In this document: positions 58,028 through 64,000 of the stretch, piece by piece | Layout of the letters: each line of letters opens with the position of its first letter | Numbering within the stretch: position 1 is the stretch's first letter | Source: Gemmatimonadota bacterium | Lineage (GTDB): Bacteria; Gemmatimonadota; Gemmatimonadetes; Palauibacterales; KS3-K002 | Assembly: GCA_039586795.1 (NCBI GenBank) | Contig: JBDHJS010000010.1 | Coordinates: forward strand, 20,039-84,038 | DNA length: 64,000 nucleotides | Direction of reading: 5' to 3' | Position numbers and translations under genes: made by a program | Notes under the pieces: model-generated | The model's database searches: none | What the model was told of the DNA's origin: nothing | What the model saw: only the letters and a program-made list of their open reading frames with translations

Positions 58028-58819
58028 ATGGATTCTCTGCTCAGCACAGGTGAAGTGGCGAGACTCTGCGGCGTCACGCCAGATGCCGTCCTGAAGTGGA
58101 TCAAGAAGGGCAAGCTGCCAGCGACGCGCACCGCCGGCGGCCACTATCGGGTCTCCCGGGAGACCTGCATCGCACTGGGCCTGTGCTCTTCGAACGGGGA
58201 TGATCCGGCGGCCTCCGCCGTCGAGGGTGGAGCCGCCCCTCAGCCTCGCCAGCGCTGCTGGGAGTACTTCGGTCAGCCTGGCACACCCCGGGAGAGATGC
58301 TTGACCTGCCTGGTCTATCAGGCTCGGGCACAGAACTGCTACCTGCTGGCAGAGCTGGGGAGAGAGGCCGGTCATCGGCATGACTTCTGCACGCATGACT
58401 GTGTGGATTGTCCGTTCTACCGGGCCTGTCACGGGATGGCGACGACCGTTCTCGTGATAACGCGTGATGAGGCTTTGATCCGCCGGCTCGAGACGGAGAC
58501 GGACGATAACAAAATCTCCTTGCGGTCCGCTCGTTCTGGGTACGAGAGCGCCACCCTGATCGGGACGTTCCGTCCCGCGGTGGTGGTCCTTGATAGCGAT
58601 CTGCCCGAGGTGCGGGACGGCAGGCTGCTGGAGTCGCTCCAGGGGGACGACCGGATCCCCGGGGTGAAGGTGTTCGTGGCTCAGCGGGAGAAGGATGCGG
58701 GGGCGGTTGAGAAGCTGGCGGTGCCGACGCTGGCCGCTCCGTGCACCGCCGAGCAGATAGAACGACTGGTTGAGAGCGTCGTGGGAGGGGGAAGAAGGGC
58801 GGCGGGAGACGCAGCGTAG
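58028..58819 (+). CDS. Excisionase-like HTH + Cys-rich domain + atypical receiver regulator (paralog 2)
   Basis: LSTGEVARLCGVTPDAVLKWIKKG...TAGGHYRV; same 7-Cys/His pattern; VVVLDSDLP. Confidence 0.85.
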   Translation: MDSLLSTGEVARLCGVTPDAVLKWIKKGKLPATRTAGGHYRVSRETCIALGLCSSNGDDPAASAVEGGAAPQPRQRCWEYFGQPGTPRERCLTCLVYQARAQNCYLLAELGREAGHRHDFCTHDCVDCPFYRACHGMATTVLVITRDEALIRRLETETDDNKISLRSARSGYESATLIGTFRPAVVVLDSDLPEVRDGRLLESLQGDDRIPGVKVFVAQREKDAGAVEKLAVPTLAAPCTAEQIERLVESVVGGGRRAAGDAA

Positions 58820-58896
58820 AATGTACGCCACCAACTGAGGTGGCATTTAGAATTTCAATCGAAGTCGCCGCGGGACTTCGAGACTAGTAGTGACAC

Positions 58897-59544
58897 ATGA
58901 GTACCGTCGCATTCAAGGGTAAGACCTACCAGCTGGATGCCCACGGGTTCCTGGACCCGCCCGATCAGTGGGATGAGGACTTCGCCGAGGGGATGGCGAA
59001 ACTGGTTGGGGTCAAGTCGGGACTCTCGGACCGGCACTGGCAGCTCATCAATTATCTAAGGCACAAGTTTATCGACGAGAACACGATTCCCGTGCTCGTC
59101 ATGGCGTGCGCCGATAACAACATGCGGCTCTCGGAGCTGCGCTCGCTATTTCCCACCGGCTATCACCGAGGCGCCTGCAAGGTCTCCGGCATCAACTACC
59201 AGTTCATGTGGGAGACGAACTACTGGCTCACGTACGAGACGGCGCCACCAGCGAAGCCACGTTACAAGCTGGACGAGCTTGGTTACCTAAAGGACTTCGA
59301 GGAGTGGGACGAAGACTTCGTCGAGCTAGCCATGTCGCAGCGAGAACCGCCGGACACGCCGACGGAAAGACATCTACAGATCGTCCGTTACCTGCGCGAT
59401 TACTACGCCGCCAACCGCACACTCCCGACGATCTACGAGACTTGCTCAGCCAATGATCTGAGTCTCGAGGAGCTGCGAGAGCTGTTTCCCGCCGGCTACC
59501 GGCGGGGGGCGTGTCGGATGGCGGGGTTGCCGTTCTACGGTTGA
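58897..59544 (+). CDS. Tandem two-domain TusE/DsrC-family protein lacking the terminal cysteine
   Basis: Domain 1: LDAHGFL...LFPTGYHRGACKVSG. Domain 2: LDELGYL...LFPAGYRRGACRMAGLPFYG*. Confidence 0.88.
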   Translation: MSTVAFKGKTYQLDAHGFLDPPDQWDEDFAEGMAKLVGVKSGLSDRHWQLINYLRHKFIDENTIPVLVMACADNNMRLSELRSLFPTGYHRGACKVSGINYQFMWETNYWLTYETAPPAKPRYKLDELGYLKDFEEWDEDFVELAMSQREPPDTPTERHLQIVRYLRDYYAANRTLPTIYETCSANDLSLEELRELFPAGYRRGACRMAGLPFYG

Positions 59545-59601
59545 GACACCAATCCGGGCAGCGAGCATAGCCCGGCCGTTTGTTGAAGAGGGGAGGTCGC
59601 A

Positions 59602-60138
59602 TTGACCAACGCAGTTGAGGCAGGCAAACAGATCAACCAGACCGTCATCCGCCTCATAAGAGACGACATCACCGACATCGAAGTTGATGCTTTCGTGTTC
59701 TACGCCGAGTCGGACTTGGCCCTGGGTACGGGCTTCGGTGGCGCGATCGGCGTCCGGGGCGGTCCTTCGATACAGAAGGAATTGGACGAGCTGGCGCCGG
59801 TGGCGCTCGGTGAGGCGGTCGTTACGGCCGCCGGAAACCTCAAGGCCGAGAAGATCATCCACGCGGTGGGGCCCAAATTCCAGGAAGAGGACACGGTATC
59901 GAAGCTAAGGACGACCGTCCTCAGCGCACTCAAACGAGCCGATGAAGAAAAGGTGGAGCGACTGGCCTTCCCGGCGATGGGTGCAGGCTACTACGGGATT
60001 GCACCTGAAGTGTCCGCTAAGGTCATGCTGGAAGCGTTTCGGGATCATCTAGGCAGAGAATCCGGGATGCGTGAAGTCATCATCTGCGTGCTGGACACCC
60101 GTCAGTACAACGCCTTTAAGACCGAGATAGAGGCCTGA
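59602..60138 (+). CDS. Macro domain protein (atypical)
   Basis: DDITDIEVDA, GEAVVTAAGNL, IIHAVGP, AFPAMGAGYYG; TTG start with GGGAGG RBS. Confidence 0.88.
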   Translation: MTNAVEAGKQINQTVIRLIRDDITDIEVDAFVFYAESDLALGTGFGGAIGVRGGPSIQKELDELAPVALGEAVVTAAGNLKAEKIIHAVGPKFQEEDTVSKLRTTVLSALKRADEEKVERLAFPAMGAGYYGIAPEVSAKVMLEAFRDHLGRESGMREVIICVLDTRQYNAFKTEIEA

Positions 60139-60141
60139 ACC

Positions 60142-60813
60142 ATGAGCGAGCTGCTGCACTTTTCCGAGCATACACTGCAAGAAGTCGCCCTGGGCTTCAT
60201 GGCCCTGGTCTATACGACGCGTATCGCATGGTTCCTGAGATTCAAGGCGGGCGGTGAACGCCAGGCGTCAACCGGGACTCCTAAGCGCACAACGCCGAAG
60301 CGGGGAATCCTGTACTCGTGGGCCAACGTGGCAATGCCCTGGGCGATGGAAAGCACTCGGCGTCAGTATTTGATCTACGCCCAGTTCGTGATCTTCCACC
60401 TGGGTGTGACGGCGGCGATCGGACTGTCCTTCGTCATTCCCTACTGGCCTCACCTGCTCGAGAGCCAGACGCTGGTGTTAATACTACAGATCATCATCGG
60501 CGCGGCCTTCCTCGTGGGTGTGATCAGAATCTTCCGACGCGTGGGCAACAACTACATGCGAGCGATCAGCTCGCCTGATGATTACTTCTCCTTGCTGCTG
60601 TTGACGGTATGGTTCTTCTTCGCGACCCTGGCGGTGCCGAACAACACGAGCGGCGGCGAGTGGCATTTGCTGACCTACTTTATACTGACGGCCTTCTTCT
60701 TGATCTACGTGCCGTTCAGCAAGATCTCGCATTACCTCTACTACCCCTTCACGCGCTATTACCTGGGCAAGACAATGGGACACCGGGGAGTGTACCCGGT
60801 GCAGCGCGGCTAG
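60142..60813 (+). CDS. TmcC/HmcE/DsrM-like heme b membrane subunit, copy 3
   Basis: PWAMES, IFHLG, ISSPDDY, YVPFSKISHY. Confidence 0.78.
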   Translation: MSELLHFSEHTLQEVALGFMALVYTTRIAWFLRFKAGGERQASTGTPKRTTPKRGILYSWANVAMPWAMESTRRQYLIYAQFVIFHLGVTAAIGLSFVIPYWPHLLESQTLVLILQIIIGAAFLVGVIRIFRRVGNNYMRAISSPDDYFSLLLLTVWFFFATLAVPNNTSGGEWHLLTYFILTAFFLIYVPFSKISHYLYYPFTRYYLGKTMGHRGVYPVQRG

Positions 60814-60848
60814 GTGACGGGCATACGGGCGACGAAAAGGAAACCCCG

Positions 60849-62216
60849 ATGAGCGAGCAGACGACAACAAGATCTCATAAAGCTGAACAAGTCCTCGAGC
60901 GGATGGGCCAGAAGCTGAACCGACAGATGGTGGGCTCGCTGTTGGCCTGTGTGCACTGCGGCATGTGCACGGAGTCCTGCCACTATGTTCTGGCGAACCC
61001 AGGCGATCCGACCTATGCCCCCGCCTATAAGGGCGATCTGATCCGCAAGCTGTTCAAACGTCACTTCGACTGGACGGGCAGAGTGGCGCCCTGGTGGGTG
61101 AAGGCCGGCAGCGTTTGGAGCGACGAGGAGTTGGAGGAATTGAAGGACACAGTGTTCGGCAAGTGCACGAATTGCCGACGCTGTACGCTCAACTGTCCGA
61201 TGGGGGTCGATCTGGCCACCTTCAACCGGATGGCCCGGGGCCTGCTGGTGTCGGTCGGCGTGATGCCCGAGGGCGTGGCCGTGGTCAGTAAGGACCAGTG
61301 GGAGATCGGTAACCAGATGGGCGTGCTCAAGGAAGACTACCTCGACACGCTGGAGTGGATGGCGGAGGAGATGCAGGACGATCTGGATGATCCGACGGCC
61401 GACATTCCCATCGACCAGACGGACTGCGAAGTCGTCTACTCGATCAATCCGCGGGAAGTGAAGTACGACCCGCGTTCGATTGCCGACGCGGCCAAGATCT
61501 TCCACGCGGCGGGCGAGAGTTGGACGATGGCCAGCGAAGGCTGGGACATGACCAACTTCGGTCTGTTCTCCGGCGACGACGACCTAGGCGGCTCTGTGGC
61601 TCAACGGCTCTACGAGAAGGTCAACGAGCTCCGCGGCAAGACCCTGGTCATCTCTGAATGCGGCCACGGGTTCCGTTCCACTCGCTGCGAAGGTCCCAAC
61701 TGGGCCAAGTTCGACGTGCCGTTCGTGATGGAGAGCTCGATCTTCACGATGCTGCGGTACATCAAGGAAGGTCGTATCAAGGTCGACAAGTCCAAGAACT
61801 CCCGGCCGGTAACCTATCACGACTCCTGTAACATGGCCCGGAGCTGCGGCTTGTACGAAGAGCCCCGGGAACTTCTCGAGCTGGTGTGCAGCGACTTTCG
61901 CGAGATGACTCCGAACAGGGCCGAGAACTACTGCTGCACTGGCGGTGGTGGCGCCATGTCGATGTCGGAGTACACGCCACGCCGCCTCAAGTCGGGCATC
62001 ATCAAGGCGAACCAGCTAAAGGATACCGGTGCCGAAATCGTCGTCACCTCTTGCCACAACTGCGTCGACGGTCTCACCGACGTCATACGCCACTACGAGC
62101 TGAGGATTGAGGTCACGCAGCTGGTCAACCTGGTGGCAAACGCCCTGGTTCTCGAGCCGAAATCGGAGACCGTGGCCGACGATGCCTCAAAAGAGGTTAT
62201 GCCTGGATTAGCCTAA
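60849..62216 (+). CDS. TmcB/HmcF/DsrK-like (Fe-S)-binding CCG protein, copy 3
   Basis: CVHCGMCTESC, CTNCRRCTLNCP, SECGH, YHDSC, YCCTGGGG, TSCHNC; AAAGGA RBS before ATG at 60849. Confidence 0.88.
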   Translation: MSEQTTTRSHKAEQVLERMGQKLNRQMVGSLLACVHCGMCTESCHYVLANPGDPTYAPAYKGDLIRKLFKRHFDWTGRVAPWWVKAGSVWSDEELEELKDTVFGKCTNCRRCTLNCPMGVDLATFNRMARGLLVSVGVMPEGVAVVSKDQWEIGNQMGVLKEDYLDTLEWMAEEMQDDLDDPTADIPIDQTDCEVVYSINPREVKYDPRSIADAAKIFHAAGESWTMASEGWDMTNFGLFSGDDDLGGSVAQRLYEKVNELRGKTLVISECGHGFRSTRCEGPNWAKFDVPFVMESSIFTMLRYIKEGRIKVDKSKNSRPVTYHDSCNMARSCGLYEEPRELLELVCSDFREMTPNRAENYCCTGGGGAMSMSEYTPRRLKSGIIKANQLKDTGAEIVVTSCHNCVDGLTDVIRHYELRIEVTQLVNLVANALVLEPKSETVADDASKEVMPGLA

Positions 62217-62229
62217 CCACGGTGCTCAG

Positions 62230-62895
62230 GTGGCGAACAAGACCTATCTGCGCAACCTGTTAGCGCACGCAGATTTTGGACAGATTCCCCAGCTCGCGGC
62301 AGAGAGGCGTCGCGTGCTGGGGACTCTCGTATCACTCACCTACGATGCGGACCCGCAGATCGGCTGGCGCGCTGTCGAAGCGTTAGGTGCAGCGGCCAGC
62401 CACGTCGCGGAAGACGATCCGGACTACGTACGCGAGCATCTACGCCGTCTGTATTGGCTAATCAGTGAAGAGTCCGGCGGCATCTGCTGGCACGCCCCTG
62501 CGGCGATGGCCGAGATCGTTCGACAGGAGCCGACATTGTTCGCCGATTACATTTCGATCGTCGTCCACCTGATCCCGAACATGGCCGAGGAGGACCTGGT
62601 TCACTTCAAATCCGGGGCGCTGTGGGCGATTGGTCGGCTCGGCTCTCTGGCCCACGATCACATCGACACCGTGTTAGACGTAACGGCGTCAGCGCTGCGC
62701 AACTCCGATTCACAGGCTCGGGGCATGTCCGTATGGTGCCTGGGTCAGGTGGGTGAAGTGACGGCGCTAACCGATCGCAGCGACCTGCTCTCCGACGATG
62801 GGCCTGTAGACCTCTATGAGAACGGCTTGCTGGAGAGAACCCGCGTGAACGAGTTGGTGCGGCGTGTCATGTCATTGACAACCGCTGACCCGTGA
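62230..62895 (+). CDS. HEAT-repeat protein resembling the DVU0298 family
   Basis: WRAVEALG, RRLYWLISEESGGICW, LWAIGRL. Confidence 0.7.
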   Translation: MANKTYLRNLLAHADFGQIPQLAAERRRVLGTLVSLTYDADPQIGWRAVEALGAAASHVAEDDPDYVREHLRRLYWLISEESGGICWHAPAAMAEIVRQEPTLFADYISIVVHLIPNMAEEDLVHFKSGALWAIGRLGSLAHDHIDTVLDVTASALRNSDSQARGMSVWCLGQVGEVTALTDRSDLLSDDGPVDLYENGLLERTRVNELVRRVMSLTTADP

Positions 62896-62904
62896 GGTCC
62901 AGGG

Positions 62905-64000
62905 CTATTCTCTCGTTAGTCCGCTCCTGACGATCGCATCGATCATTCCGCCCGTGGAATGCGGGGATGCCTCCACGGCCGGCTCGTAACCCAACTCGCG
63001 CAGCGTCTTTGATGTCATCGGGCCGATGCTTGCCAATCGAGACTCTTTCAGCGCGTCGCCGTAGAGCCTTACCATCGAGCGTGCGATCGCCGAGCTGGTG
63101 ACCGTCACCCAGTCTATTTCTCCCGACGACAGCGCCGCGACCATGCTGGGATCAGGTTCCTCGACGTCGAAGCTTCCATAGACGACAACCTGGTCGACCT
63201 GTCCACCCGCCTTCTCCAGCTCGTCGGCCAGGACCTGACGGCCGCGGTTCGTTCGGGCGAGGAGAAAGCGGTGGCCTTTTGCGTCGGCCATCAGCGCTTC
63301 AGCCAACGACTCGGCGATGAACTTGTCGGGTACCACGTCGGCCCGCAGGCTGTAGCGAGCCAACCGTTCGGCGGTGCCTGAACCTATCGCGGCGAGCTTG
63401 GTCTGACCCACGCGGCGCACATCGCCGCCAAGCTCGTCAAGCCGCCGAAACAGATAATCGACTCCGTTGGCGCTAGAGAACACCAACCAATCGTATTGGT
63501 CGAGGCGTTCCAGTGCATCGTCTACCGGCGCCCAATCGGGAGGCTCGGTGACACGTATCACCGGTCGTGTTATCACCTCGGCGCCAAGCACGCTCAGTCC
63601 ATCGCGCAGCGGCTCGGCGGTGCCCGGCGACCCGGTGACGAGCACGCGCGCACTGATCAACGGCCGGCGGGCGAACCATGACATCTCCGGCGCCCGGTCG
63701 ACGACCGGGCCGACCACAAAGACGGCCGGGGGCGCAACCTCTTCTCTCTCAACGACTTCCACGACCGTTCCCAGCGTGCAGCGGATCATCCGCTGCTGTG
63801 GACGCGAGCACCAGCACACGATCGCCACCGGCGTATCCGCCGGCTTACCATCTTTGATGAGCGCCGTGCTCCACTTCGCCGCGCGCCGTACGCCCATGTA
63901 GTAGATGAGCGTGCCGGGAAAATCGGCGAGTCCACCGCTCAGGTGAGACTCATCTTTTTCATCGCGCTCCCGACCAGTGATGATGGCCACCGCAGATGCT
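62905..64000 (-). CDS. cobA: Uroporphyrinogen-III C-methyltransferase/synthase fusion (CobA-HemD); 5' end outside the window
   Basis: ITG...GTLIYYMGV, TPVAIV, PPAVFVVGPVV, then HemD part (WLVFSSANGV, AIGSGTA, TSS, SIGPMT). Confidence 0.9.
   Translation of the reverse strand, partial: ASAVAIITGRERDEKDESHLSGGLADFPGTLIYYMGVRRAAKWSTALIKDGKPADTPVAIVCWCSRPQQRMIRCTLGTVVEVVEREEVAPPAVFVVGPVVDRAPEMSWFARRPLISARVLVTGSPGTAEPLRDGLSVLGAEVITRPVIRVTEPPDWAPVDDALERLDQYDWLVFSSANGVDYLFRRLDELGGDVRRVGQTKLAAIGSGTAERLARYSLRADVVPDKFIAESLAEALMADAKGHRFLLARTNRGRQVLADELEKAGGQVDQVVVYGSFDVEEPDPSMVAALSSGEIDWVTVTSSAIARSMVRLYGDALKESRLASIGPMTSKTLRELGYEPAVEASPHSTGGMIDAIVRSGLTRE

Noticed and set aside
56921..58819. Prophage or integrative-element excisionases
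   Set aside because: The HTH is fused to sensor and receiver domains; no integrase, att site or phage genes in the window
60609..60848. 80-aa N-terminal extension of the third DsrK-like protein
   Set aside because: Overlaps the upstream membrane gene; the RBS supports ATG at 60849
1..64000. tRNA, rRNA, IS elements, dsrEFH, sox or pyrophosphatase genes
   Set aside because: None recognised by eye; a tRNAscan/Rfam run would be needed to exclude small RNAs

Overview
GC-rich bacterial DNA in two parts. (1) 1-19753: the 3' end of a 6-phosphofructokinase gene, then a tightly packed, all plus-strand run of about 30 small, mostly unrelated accessory genes (SDRs, SnoaL/DUF4440, DinB, a dapB-like gene, a trans-sulfuration enzyme, membrane proteins, several gene remnants). 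(2) 19750-64000: a contiguous, at least 44-kb dissimilatory sulfate-reduction supercluster. It holds a DASS/SLC13 transporter with CBS and phosphorelay genes, a TauE/SafE exporter, tetrapyrrole genes (sirC-like, an unusual ferrochelatase::glutamyl-tRNA-reductase fusion, cobA-hemD) and aprBA-(Zn finger, YkgJ)-qmoABC-sat-osmC-dsrCTMKJOP-dsrABDLN. After this comes a divergent accessory unit: two paralogous excisionase-HTH/Cys-cluster/receiver regulators sit back to back, and each heads an operon with a non-canonical DsrC-like protein and its own DsrMK/TmcCB-like membrane module. dsrD plus YRR-type dsrL, with no dsrEFH in the window, points to reductive metabolism. Taxonomy cannot be read from the sequence; this gene set is known from lineages such as Acidobacteriota and Gemmatimonadota (inference only). 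All calls come from motif recognition; no searches were run.
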